IMG/VR virus record: IMGVR_UViG_3300028805_000057
Coordinates: 83,895 to 147,894 of that record
Direction: 5' to 3' (one strand)
Length of the DNA: 64,000 nt
DNA from: a virus
Taxonomy: Duplodnaviria > Caudoviricetes
The translations under genes and the position numbers were made by a program. A model generated the notes under the pieces. The model was not told the origin of the DNA. It worked only from the letters and a program-made list of their open reading frames with translations, and searched no databases. Positions 55,048-63,604 of the stretch are shown piece by piece. Position 1 is the first letter of the stretch, and every line of letters starts with the position of its first letter.

Positions 55048-55234
55048 GGAGAGAAAGAGTCGAGTATAAAGGGAATTTATACTGTTAAATGGCCTTAGGA
55101 GCAAGTAGCGCACCCCCAGTATGTAAGGGCGCCTGGTATCTGTGAAGAGGAAACTCGAAGGGCAATACCCCAGTGTAAAAACTGAGCGTTTAGTTGAAAT
55201 AAACTATAAAGTGGCGGTCCAGCATTTCTCTTCT
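55048..55234 (+). ncRNA. Candidate structured non-coding RNA
   Basis: Follows promoter motif at 55024; ends pair (gagaaa/tttctc); at least five internal hairpins; locally GC-richer; no RBS-led ORF. Confidence 0.65.
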
Positions 55235-55339
55235 ATATTTTTTTAGTTTGAACATAGTAAGAACTACAGTTTTCTGAAAAGAAAAGTGTTCGCAAAAAAC
55301 TAATACCCTATTATAGGAAGAGAAAGGAGGTATAATATT

Positions 55340-55480
55340 ATGTTAGGAACAATTTTATTAACAATATTATTAACAATAGGTATAATTGCATTATTATCAA
55401 TATTATTTGTTATAATAAGTTGGTTACCATTCATATTATTAGATATCGAATTGACAATTGAAAAGTGGCGTCGAAAGTAG
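55340..55480 (+). CDS. Highly hydrophobic 46-aa membrane peptide (not in ORF track)
   Basis: AAAGGAGG RBS; MLGTILLTILLTIGIIALLSILFVIISWLPFILL...KWRRK. Confidence 0.65.
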   Translation: MLGTILLTILLTIGIIALLSILFVIISWLPFILLDIELTIEKWRRK

Positions 55481-55524
55481 GCGCTATCTTTTTTACTCCT
55501 AAATTAGAAAGGAGGATTTAATAT

Positions 55525-55773
55525 ATGAATGCAATTTATGAATTATTAACTAATCAAATGTTAGTAGCGAATTTAGATGATCCATTGGTAAATAAATTTG
55601 AAAAAATATCCGAAGGATTCCAAAATGGTGATTTTATAGCATCATTTTCAGATTTTATGGATATATATTCAAATTATAAAAATGGTGTAATTCATCATGA
55701 AAGAATTGAAAAGTTAAGAAACATAAAACAGAAACGTAAATTAAATCGTAACAAAAGAAATTGGAGAGTCTAG
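55525..55773 (+). CDS. Hypothetical early protein with basic tail
   Basis: AAAGGAGG RBS. Confidence 0.7.
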   Translation: MNAIYELLTNQMLVANLDDPLVNKFEKISEGFQNGDFIASFSDFMDIYSNYKNGVIHHERIEKLRNIKQKRKLNRNKRNWRV

Positions 55774-55887
55774 TAATAGGCTCTTCACTTTTTTCGCAAA
55801 ATTTTATAAAAACTGATACCCAAACAACTTCGCTAAATTGTTTGTCTGTATTATGACAAATAGTGTCGTACAAGAAAGGATAGAAAA

Positions 55888-56427
55888 ATGAAGATAATTT
55901 ATAGGAGAAAATTTAAGGAATTGAGAAAAGAATATGCAGACCTTGGAGAGTTCAAGTTAGACATCATTGAAGAGATGGCAAGAACTAATTCAGGTTATTC
56001 AGAGCAGTATTCTTCATATGTAAATTCTTGTAAGATTAAAATTGATCTGGACAAGATTGATGATTTAACTCTGACAAGAGGTTGGGAATACTACCTTAAG
56101 TACAGGAATTTGTTATTAAAGCGTGAAAGCATTCGTGGTGGTGCAGCAGTAGCAACTATGGGAGCATTCATGGTTTGGTTTACAAAGAAGTGTATTGATG
56201 TTAGTAAGAACAACGCAACTCTTGAAGAGGAATACAAGCGTGGCAGATCAGATGTTTACAAGGATATCGAGGAACATTGCAGGGATTGTAACTGTGGAGA
56301 TTCTTGGATTGGAGATACATCCGATGGTAAGCACATGATTCTTAGGATCTCCGATGAGGAGACAGAAGACTATAAAGAGTTTCAGGAAAGTTTAAAGGAA
56401 CTTGACGAGTACGATGATGAGATCTAA
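55888..56427 (+). CDS. Hypothetical early protein with central hydrophobic helix
   Basis: Own promoter 55831; GGAAVATMGAFMVWF; C-terminal part resembles 57947..58252 (EY.RG). Confidence 0.7.
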   Translation: MKIIYRRKFKELRKEYADLGEFKLDIIEEMARTNSGYSEQYSSYVNSCKIKIDLDKIDDLTLTRGWEYYLKYRNLLLKRESIRGGAAVATMGAFMVWFTKKCIDVSKNNATLEEEYKRGRSDVYKDIEEHCRDCNCGDSWIGDTSDGKHMILRISDEETEDYKEFQESLKELDEYDDEI

Positions 56428-56602
56428 TTAGAAATAATTGGAAATCAAAATGGGTAGTAGAGAAATCTGCTACTCACTTTTTTCAGATTGAACGAAGTGA
56501 GAACTGCAGTCTGAATAGAATGAAAACTGACATCCAAACAGCTACGCTAAATTGTTTGTCTATATAGTAAGAACTAATGTTAAGCACAGAAAGGAGAATA
56601 AC

Positions 56603-56896
56603 ATGATTGTTAATTTCACAAATTACAGAAGTTACTCGAAAATTGCTTTAAGGTCCGAGGACATTAGCCGCATTGAAGAGGATTATTTTCATGCAGTTAT
56701 TGTTATGAAGTCTGGAGAGCGTATTCCGGTATCGGAGTCGTTTCGTGAAGCTAGTGAAAGATTCAATAAGGCAGTATTAACAGAAGGTACTGAAGTAGGA
56801 GCAGAAAAAGCTATTGAGGATCGAGAGAAGGAAATTCGTATGAAGAAGTTATATAATAAGGTTTCAAACCGATTAAATAACGGATATCGAATTTAA
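56603..56896 (+). CDS. FlbD/SwrD-like small protein
   Basis: AAGGAG RBS; I..IEE....VIVMKSGERIPVSES..E pattern recalls flagellar FlbD family. Confidence 0.45.
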   Translation: MIVNFTNYRSYSKIALRSEDISRIEEDYFHAVIVMKSGERIPVSESFREASERFNKAVLTEGTEVGAEKAIEDREKEIRMKKLYNKVSNRLNNGYRI

Positions 56897-57011
56897 TAAT
56901 CTCTATTCAAAAAGGGGCGTAATTTGCTCCTTTTTACTTTTCTCATCATACTCGCATTTTTTTATACCTATATATTGAGTGGAATAGGACTCGCACAGAA
57001 AGAGGTATAAT

Positions 57012-57224
57012 ATGAAGAAGAATACTGAGAAGAAGAAGTTAACAAAGAAGCAGGTAGTTAAGGGTTTAGTAATTACAGCAGTAGCAGTTAATTTGATCGG
57101 TGTACCTTTATTAACATTTGAGTTATATAAGGAACACAAGCGGAATAAGCAGCTGAAGGAATTATTAGCAGATCTTACACCTGTTGATGAGACAGCTTCA
57201 GAAGACGAGTATTTCGAGGCATAA
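57012..57224 (+). CDS. Small early membrane-anchored protein
   Basis: Lys-rich N-terminus, one hydrophobic helix, acidic tail. Confidence 0.7.
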   Translation: MKKNTEKKKLTKKQVVKGLVITAVAVNLIGVPLLTFELYKEHKRNKQLKELLADLTPVDETASEDEYFEA

Positions 57225-57373
57225 TGCTTTTTGAGTATCAGAGTTAAACACAAAACGATTGGAATCAAGATATTTGGTTCCTTTCGTTTTTATTTAAGTT
57301 TTTGAATATCGTGAAAAAAGTGGCTTCTAATATGGAAACTAAATTCCAAAATTTTATCTAGGAGGAAAATAAA

Positions 57374-57613
57374 ATGAAGAACAAAACAAAAGGATTTATT
57401 GAAGGATTTATAACAGCACCCTTGGTGGCACTTGCAGGTTATTTTGTATATAAGACAATTAAGCCTGATTACCTCAAGGATTATGAAGAAGATACAGATT
57501 TTGATGACTTCAGTGATGACATTGATGATTTGGACACATTTGATGATTTAGATGATATTGAGGAAGAAGAGAAAGAAAGTACAGAAGTCAGCAATGACGA
57601 AATAAAAGAATAA
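57374..57613 (+). CDS. Membrane-anchored protein with very acidic tail
   Basis: AGGAGG RBS; FITAPLVALAGYFVY then D/E-rich tract. Confidence 0.75.
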   Translation: MKNKTKGFIEGFITAPLVALAGYFVYKTIKPDYLKDYEEDTDFDDFSDDIDDLDTFDDLDDIEEEEKESTEVSNDEIKE

Positions 57614-57652
57614 TAAAAATCAAAATGGGTAGTGGAGAAATCTGCTACTCAT

Positions 57653-57736
57653 CACTTTACAAATGTAAACTGATATCCAAACGCGAAAATTTACTCAACA
57701 CTTTACAAATGTAAACTGATATCCAAACGCGAAAAT
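57653..57736 (+). repeat. 38-bp direct repeat upstream of promoter
   Basis: cactttacaaatgtaaactgatatccaaacgcgaaaat twice. Confidence 0.85.
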
Positions 57737-57946
57737 GTTTGTCTATATATTGGAGCGGAGGCTCCTTAAATTTTATATTTTGGGAGGATTAAGTGTATGA
57801 GTAATGCAGAATATGTGAAATTTGACGAGCAGAAGTAAATAACTTTAAGGGAGTATCAAAGATATTTGGTACTCTCTTCACTTTTAGTTTGAACATGGTG
57901 AGAACTACAGTTTACTGAAGAATGAGGTAAAGTGAGGAGGAATAAT

Positions 57947-58252
57947 ATGAAAGAAGAAAAGAAAACTAAATTAAAGAAAATTTTAAAATGTACAGGTATT
58001 GCATTAGGTAGTGCTGGCATTATGTATTTGATATGTAAGTATTTGCCTGACCCTGTTGAAAAAGATGAGAAATCTGCAGAGTATGAAAGAGGCTATCACA
58101 ATGCGTTGGTTGATATGGTAGATTATTGTGAGAAGAATGGCAAATCAGTTGTAATCGAGAGAAGAGATTCACAAGATAAACCATATTTAGTAGCAAATTT
58201 AGTAAGTGAGAAACCAGAGAACGCAGTAGATTATCCTTATTTAATGTTTTGA
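57947..58252 (+). CDS. Small early membrane-anchored protein
   Basis: GAGGAGG RBS; Lys-rich start then GIALGSAGIMYLIC. Confidence 0.7.
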   Translation: MKEEKKTKLKKILKCTGIALGSAGIMYLICKYLPDPVEKDEKSAEYERGYHNALVDMVDYCEKNGKSVVIERRDSQDKPYLVANLVSEKPENAVDYPYLMF

Positions 58253-58260
58253 GGTAATAT

Positions 58261-58479
58261 ATGAATAAACGTTTAGTAAAAGTAGGCATGGTCATAGAAT
58301 GTAAACATGCTCCAGATGTAAAGTATTTAGTTACAAAAGTAGATAAGAAATTAAAAATTATATATGTCATTGGTAATATGTCTCTAAGTTTTAGAAAAAT
58401 ACCTATTGACATATTGTATTGTTTTAATGTTTATGGTAGATATACAAAAGAACAATTAAAGGAGATGTTTGACCAGTGA
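58261..58479 (+). CDS. Hypothetical protein
   Basis: GAGG RBS; operon spacing. Confidence 0.65.
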   Translation: MNKRLVKVGMVIECKHAPDVKYLVTKVDKKLKIIYVIGNMSLSFRKIPIDILYCFNVYGRYTKEQLKEMFDQ

Positions 58480-58718
58480 CAAGAACCTATAAACTATTCA
58501 AAATAAGTAGTAATAAAGAAAAACTTGTAAAAGAATATCCTACAATGCAAGAAGCTACTTACAAGGTTAAAAGTATTCTTGGATTAAAGGAATTTCAGAA
58601 ATGCCAGTATATTCCTTTATATGACGGTAATTTACAAGTTGGTATGGAATTTATACAAGACGGTAAAAAGATATTTGCGATTAGGAAGGAGATCATATGG
58701 CAGAACGAACAAATGTAA
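58476..58718 (+). CDS. Hypothetical protein
   Basis: GTGA overlap; AAGGAG upstream. Confidence 0.6.
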   Translation: MTRTYKLFKISSNKEKLVKEYPTMQEATYKVKSILGLKEFQKCQYIPLYDGNLQVGMEFIQDGKKIFAIRKEIIWQNEQM

Positions 58719-58749
58719 ATACTGGAGTTTGCGACTGAAAGGAGAAATA

Positions 58750-59121
58750 ATGGGTCTTAACATAATAGAACTTTCTGATGTAATGCAATATATTGATACA
58801 ATAGAAGATAAAAGAATACATGATTTATTACATAAAATGCGATTTGAATACAGTGAATATACTGAAATTGGTACAGTAGAAGATTGCAAGAACTATAAAA
58901 AATTATGTGATATACCAATGAGTCAGGTAAATGTATTATTACAAATGTCTAATAAAACATTACTTGATGAAATACAAGCATTAAATAAAGAAATTGAAAT
59001 GCTAAAAATATGTAAAGGTAATTCTCCTCGTAAAAATTATAATGCACAATATTATGAAGAACATAAAGAAGAAATAAGTAAAAAGAGAAAAGCTAAAAGA
59101 AAAGAAATAAAGGAGAAATAA
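58750..59121 (+). CDS. Hypothetical protein
   Basis: AAAGGAG RBS supports ATG 58750. Confidence 0.65.
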   Translation: MGLNIIELSDVMQYIDTIEDKRIHDLLHKMRFEYSEYTEIGTVEDCKNYKKLCDIPMSQVNVLLQMSNKTLLDEIQALNKEIEMLKICKGNSPRKNYNAQYYEEHKEEISKKRKAKRKEIKEK

Positions 59122-59516
59122 TGGCTAATATAATTGATAAACTTATCGAAAGATATAATGACAAAGTTATAAATATATTAGGAAGTGAGTATACTATTGT
59201 ATTTAGGTCACATAATGACGATGACCAATTAAATGATTGTGCTGCATATTGTTCTTATCATGAAAATATAATAGTTCTTGATTATGAATCAAAAAATTAT
59301 ATTGGTAAAAGTGATTTATATATAACTAATTGTATTAAACGCGCATTACGACATGAATTAATACATACATTTTTGGATGAATCTGGTTTATTCTGTAATG
59401 CAAATGCTTTTAAAGGTCCTTGGCCAGTGAATGAAGAAATGGTAGATTGGTTCGCTTTACAAATGCCAAAGATATTTAAAGTATTTCAAGAATTGGATTT
59501 GTTGGATAATGAGTAA
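59121..59516 (+). CDS. Putative HExxH zinc metallopeptidase-fold protein
   Basis: INILG.EY.I, LRHELIH.FL.ESGL, NEEMVDWFA.Q.PKI. Confidence 0.7.
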   Translation: MANIIDKLIERYNDKVINILGSEYTIVFRSHNDDDQLNDCAAYCSYHENIIVLDYESKNYIGKSDLYITNCIKRALRHELIHTFLDESGLFCNANAFKGPWPVNEEMVDWFALQMPKIFKVFQELDLLDNE

Positions 59517-59560
59517 GTTCGCTAATTTAAATGCTTCCTAATTGAAAGGAGGACTTAGTT

Positions 59561-59716
59561 ATGGACAAAATAGAAAATGATTATATTACAGTTTGGGATC
59601 CAATAAGAAATAGAACTATATTGATTACCAAAGAGGATTGTAAAAGATTTCAGGAAATAAATAAAGGTCTTGAAACTGAATGCCCAAATTTTGAAGCGAA
59701 GACAAAGGAGCAGTAA
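59561..59716 (+). CDS. Hypothetical protein, 51 aa (not in ORF track)
   Basis: AAAGGAGG RBS; own promoter and terminator. Confidence 0.65.
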   Translation: MDKIENDYITVWDPIRNRTILITKEDCKRFQEINKGLETECPNFEAKTKEQ

Positions 59717-59797
59717 TAATGGCTCCTTTCTTCTTTTTCGCTATAATATATATTCTCTTTATAGGAGCTTATAGTTAAGTTTAGAAAGGAGAATATT

Positions 59798-60046
59798 ATG
59801 ATAATGCATAAAACAACTTATAAGTGTGACATTTGTGGAAAAGAATCTGAAAAACAATCAGAAATGAATGGAAACATAACCATAGATTTTGAAGATACAT
59901 CATTTAATGGTTATACCCATGATATTGAATACAAGCAGGTTTGTCCTGAATGTGCACACAAAGTATCTGGTTTTATTGTAGATTTAAAGATTAAGAATAC
60001 TCAATGTATAAATATGGAAGAACTTGAGCAACTTTGTGATGAATAA
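59798..60046 (+). CDS. Zn-ribbon protein
   Basis: CDICGK...VCPEC; paralog of 52884..53132. Confidence 0.7.
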   Translation: MIMHKTTYKCDICGKESEKQSEMNGNITIDFEDTSFNGYTHDIEYKQVCPECAHKVSGFIVDLKIKNTQCINMEELEQLCDE

Positions 60047-60105
60047 CATCAAAATGGGGTAGTGACAGAATATGTTGCTACTCTATTTTTTAAAGGAGAA
60101 TAAAT

Positions 60106-60408
60106 ATGAGTGAAGTAATTGCAATAGAAACAGTAACAGAAACCGTAACACATGAAATAAAAATGATAAATGCTCTTAAATGTGATGTATGTGGTAAAGA
60201 GTTTACAGGAAAATATTGGGAATTAAATACTTATCATCACGATTGGGGTAATGATAGTATTGATAGTAATGAGTATTTTGATTTATGCAGTGAGAATTGT
60301 GTAAGAACAAAACTTGAAGGATATTTTAAAGAATGTAAACATAGTATTACTCAGCACTTTGATTTATCACAAGAATTATTTAAACCTCATAAGGAGAATT
60401 ATTTATGA
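60106..60408 (+). CDS. Zn-binding protein
   Basis: CDVCGK...DLCSENC. Confidence 0.7.
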   Translation: MSEVIAIETVTETVTHEIKMINALKCDVCGKEFTGKYWELNTYHHDWGNDSIDSNEYFDLCSENCVRTKLEGYFKECKHSITQHFDLSQELFKPHKENYL

Positions 60409-60614
60409 AAATAATTATTGATACTGATAAAATAGATGGTTTTAATAATTTACAAGATATTCCAAAAAATTGTAAAGAATGCCCTTATAGAAATGATATT
60501 CCTAGTGATAGTACAGTCGATTGGGATTGTGATTTAATTGGATATGGTTATAAATATAATGATGGTATTAGAAAAAGAATAAAAGATTGTCCTATTATTG
60601 AAAAAGTAAATTAA
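60405..60614 (+). CDS. Small Cys-rich protein
   Basis: PKNCKECPY...C...CPI. Confidence 0.65.
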   Translation: MKIIIDTDKIDGFNNLQDIPKNCKECPYRNDIPSDSTVDWDCDLIGYGYKYNDGIRKRIKDCPIIEKVN

Positions 60615-60627
60615 AGGAGAATACATA

Positions 60628-60975
60628 ATGATAGATGAAACATTTGATAATATAATTGGAGAAATCAATTTTGCAGAAGATAGTACAAAAAATTTTGAAA
60701 ACAGTTTAAAAATATTACGCTATAATATTAAAGAAATGAAAAATAATGGTTTCCTTTCTACAAAAGATATTTATAATTTATTAGATGATTTTCAAAAATA
60801 TTTAATATTTGATAATGAAACTAGTACTATAGATACTAGAGTATTAACAAAGCAACGTATGGTATACAAAACTAATGATATTGAAACATCACGAGAAGCA
60901 TTAGATTTCTTTGTCAAAGCATTTAAAGAAACTATGGAATTTGAAGTAGAAAAAAGAGGAATCAAAAATGAGTGA
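60628..60975 (+). CDS. Hypothetical protein
   Basis: AAAGGAG RBS. Confidence 0.65.
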   Translation: MIDETFDNIIGEINFAEDSTKNFENSLKILRYNIKEMKNNGFLSTKDIYNLLDDFQKYLIFDNETSTIDTRVLTKQRMVYKTNDIETSREALDFFVKAFKETMEFEVEKRGIKNE

Positions 60976-61228
60976 ATTCTTACAAGGTCATAGAGCACCT
61001 GATTTTTATATTGATTGGGATTTACCAACTTTTTCGCATGATGAAATAGATGAAGCAATAAGGGGTGCATACAAATTAATGCAGTATCCTTGTTATTTTG
61101 CTAGGAATCATCGTAATAAACGAATAAATAAGAAATGGCATAATAAGTATGGTATCGCAAAATATACTGAAAGAGAAGAAAGATATTTCAAAAATCATAA
61201 TAAAAAACTTATTTATGTAAAGGAGTAA
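60968..61228 (+). CDS. Hypothetical protein with KRINKKW.KYG motif
   Basis: GAGG RBS; basic motif. Confidence 0.65.
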   Translation: MSEFLQGHRAPDFYIDWDLPTFSHDEIDEAIRGAYKLMQYPCYFARNHRNKRINKKWHNKYGIAKYTEREERYFKNHNKKLIYVKE

Positions 61229-61233
61229 ACATA

Positions 61234-61605
61234 ATGCCAGATAAAGATCTATGTGGAACTTGTGCACATTTTAACAAAGATAATATAGTAACAGATAAAT
61301 GGTTAGGCAGTATACATGTATGTGACAAAAGTCATATATGTGAACCATGGAATTTACATGATGGTTGTGAAGATTATGTATTAAATGTAGGTGAATTAAA
61401 ACCTTGTCCATTTTGTGGAAATAAAGATATTACAATTGAAAAAGTATCACATAATGTAGGAATGGATGGAAGTTATGATAACTGGTTAATTAAATGCGGA
61501 GTATGTTTCGCAGAAATGAATATTCCAGCAGATATTTTTTATGGAAGAGAAGGTTATACAAAAGAAGAAGCTATTGCAATGTGGAATTGTAGAAAGGAGA
61601 AATAA
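61234..61605 (+). CDS. Lar-like (restriction alleviation family) Zn-finger protein
   Basis: ELKPCPFCG...I.C..C...EEAI..WN.R. Confidence 0.65.
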   Translation: MPDKDLCGTCAHFNKDNIVTDKWLGSIHVCDKSHICEPWNLHDGCEDYVLNVGELKPCPFCGNKDITIEKVSHNVGMDGSYDNWLIKCGVCFAEMNIPADIFYGREGYTKEEAIAMWNCRKEK

Positions 61606-61607
61606 AT

Positions 61608-61931
61608 ATGGATTATAATGATGAGATACATTCAGATGATTGGCATACAAGAGAAATACCAGATTCGCCAGTATGTATTAAAATAATCTCAGCAAAAGAA
61701 GCTAATGCTAAAACTATTAAAGCATTAAATGATTGTGCAACAAAAGAATTAAATAAAATAATGAGTGGTATTCATAATACAGCAAATGAAGGGTATTTTA
61801 CTTATGGCGGTGATGGCTATTTAAATGAAATCACTAAAAAAAGACTTGAAGAATTAGGTTACAAAGTTGAAACCGGCTCGCAATATAATGAACCATATTA
61901 TTCTATAAGTTGGGAGAAAGCAAATGAATGA
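61608..61931 (+). CDS. Hypothetical protein
   Basis: ISA.EA...LEELGYKV...ISW pattern common in phage small proteins. Confidence 0.65.
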   Translation: MDYNDEIHSDDWHTREIPDSPVCIKIISAKEANAKTIKALNDCATKELNKIMSGIHNTANEGYFTYGGDGYLNEITKKRLEELGYKVETGSQYNEPYYSISWEKANE

Positions 61932-62100
61932 AGAATATAGTTGTTTGGTCTGCAAACATTTTAATCCAGATAATATAGAAATAGATCATCATAACGCTAT
62001 GTTACGTTTTTGTCAAAATGATGGTACCAAATTAAAATCTTGTCGTAAGTTTAAATTAAATGAAGCAAAATATAATGCAAAAAGATTTGTAGAGGGGTAA
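61924..62100 (+). CDS. Small Cys-containing protein, 58 aa (not in ORF track)
   Basis: GGGAG upstream; CLVCKHFN resembles N-terminus of 61234 gene (CGTCAHFN). Confidence 0.55.
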   Translation: MNEEYSCLVCKHFNPDNIEIDHHNAMLRFCQNDGTKLKSCRKFKLNEAKYNAKRFVEG

Positions 62101-62105
62101 CCATA

Positions 62106-62474
62106 ATGCCATATTACAAGAAAAAAACTTATAAAAAAGGATATAATAAACAGCCTACTACTTATACACCATGTCCTGATACATATGCTTATCACGATAT
62201 AGACGAGCATAAATATGAAATACTTGGACAAATAGCTTATTGGCATGTTGAAGATTATCGTTATGTTATACCAAATAATAATGTAAAACCTGGAGAAATT
62301 AATATAGTTATGCCAGATGTTTGTAATGGTAATACAATAAAGATATACGATACCGAATATATTGTAAATAATACGGAACAGTTTGTAAATGAATTTGGTG
62401 TAGCAATGAATCCAAATGATTGTAATAACTTCAAATATGACACAGTTAAAGTTGAATCAATACCATTTTATTAA
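62106..62474 (+). CDS. Hypothetical protein
   Basis: GAGGGG RBS. Confidence 0.65.
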   Translation: MPYYKKKTYKKGYNKQPTTYTPCPDTYAYHDIDEHKYEILGQIAYWHVEDYRYVIPNNNVKPGEINIVMPDVCNGNTIKIYDTEYIVNNTEQFVNEFGVAMNPNDCNNFKYDTVKVESIPFY

Positions 62475-62487
62475 AAGGAGAAAATAA

Positions 62488-62916
62488 ATGACAGATGAAG
62501 AATTATATGAAATAGCAAATTATTTTATAAATAAAGATACATGTATGCATGCTAATTATTGTAAAATTGATTTAAAAGAAATGATTAAAGAAGATCCTCA
62601 GAAAGTAATAGATGATATACAAGATGAATTTCAATATTTATTAGGTATATGCGGTTGTGGATGTACTGATGAGGTATATAAAGGAATATATGCTTTTTTA
62701 AATATTGTAAATAACAAAACAAAGGATCCGCATAATAAAGAAAAAGCAGATCAAGTATATAGTTGGATAATAGATAATTGGGAAAATTATTTTATAGCAA
62801 ATGTTTTGGATGATAAAGGATTATTAGATCATGGTACTAGTATTAGATGTTGTTGGATTACAGAATTGGGTGAATGGTATTTAAAGATATTTGACAAATC
62901 TTGTAAGGAGGATTAA
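62488..62916 (+). CDS. Hypothetical protein (CGCG ... HGTSI..W.T..G, winged-helix-like end)
   Basis: AAAGGAG RBS; motifs as stated. Confidence 0.65.
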   Translation: MTDEELYEIANYFINKDTCMHANYCKIDLKEMIKEDPQKVIDDIQDEFQYLLGICGCGCTDEVYKGIYAFLNIVNNKTKDPHNKEKADQVYSWIIDNWENYFIANVLDDKGLLDHGTSIRCCWITELGEWYLKIFDKSCKED

Positions 62917-62918
62917 AA

Positions 62919-63566
62919 ATGGCTCTAGCACATGCACAAAAAGATAGTTTTTATACAAATAGTTATGGCGAAATGATGTCTCTTGATAAGTTTGCCTTAG
63001 CAGAAAGAAGATTAAAAGAGAAAAAGAAATTACTTGAAGATGTTCAAAATGAGTATGATTTACTTGAAGCAGATGCATTTAGAACATATAAGAAAGAAGT
63101 AATATATTTACTTTCATTAAATCCTGCTCTTATTAACAAAGCAATGAAATGGTTAAATATGCTTAAAAGTAAAACAATTAAAATTGATAAACGTAAGAAA
63201 TATGAAGAAAAAGTTATGTTTGAGATTCTTACAGGGGATTTACGAAAGTTATTAGGTTATAAAGATATTGAGATTACAAATATAACAGCATATGGCTATG
63301 AAGGTTATGCTTATGGTATTTACTTTAATTGTATGAACCATAAATTTGAACTATATGTACCAAATATGGATGTAGTTGACATAAAGCATTACAGAGACTA
63401 TAAAGAATATGCTTTTAAATTAGCATTATATAATTGTGACAAACCAAATATAGCAGAAAGTTTTGGAGCAACATACTTTGAATCAGAATTAAAAGATATT
63501 TTCGAGAAATGGTTAATTGATAATAATGTAATAGGTGTAGCATCATTACCGCAGGAGGTGGAATAA
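62919..63566 (+). CDS. Hypothetical protein
   Basis: AAGGAGG RBS; 215 aa. Confidence 0.7.
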   Translation: MALAHAQKDSFYTNSYGEMMSLDKFALAERRLKEKKKLLEDVQNEYDLLEADAFRTYKKEVIYLLSLNPALINKAMKWLNMLKSKTIKIDKRKKYEEKVMFEILTGDLRKLLGYKDIEITNITAYGYEGYAYGIYFNCMNHKFELYVPNMDVVDIKHYRDYKEYAFKLALYNCDKPNIAESFGATYFESELKDIFEKWLIDNNVIGVASLPQEVE

Positions 63567-63604
63567 ATATGGATTATAATGAATTGAAAGGAGAAGTATA
63601 ATAT

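Larger units (their letters stand above)
53598..59762 (+). promoter_or_regulatory. Thirteen dispersed copies of CGC-N15-TAnnnT promoter-like motif
   Basis: C of CG(C/T) at 53598, 54244, 54512, 54757, 55024, 55291, 55831, 56545, 56953, 57310, 57728, 59520, 59739; each upstream of a gene or RNA; three have a degenerate hexamer. Confidence 0.8.

Noticed and set aside
55138-55175. Hammerhead ribozyme core
   Set aside because: ctgtga...gaag deviates from the required CUGANGA/GAAA core and no matching stem III/cleavage triplet was found.
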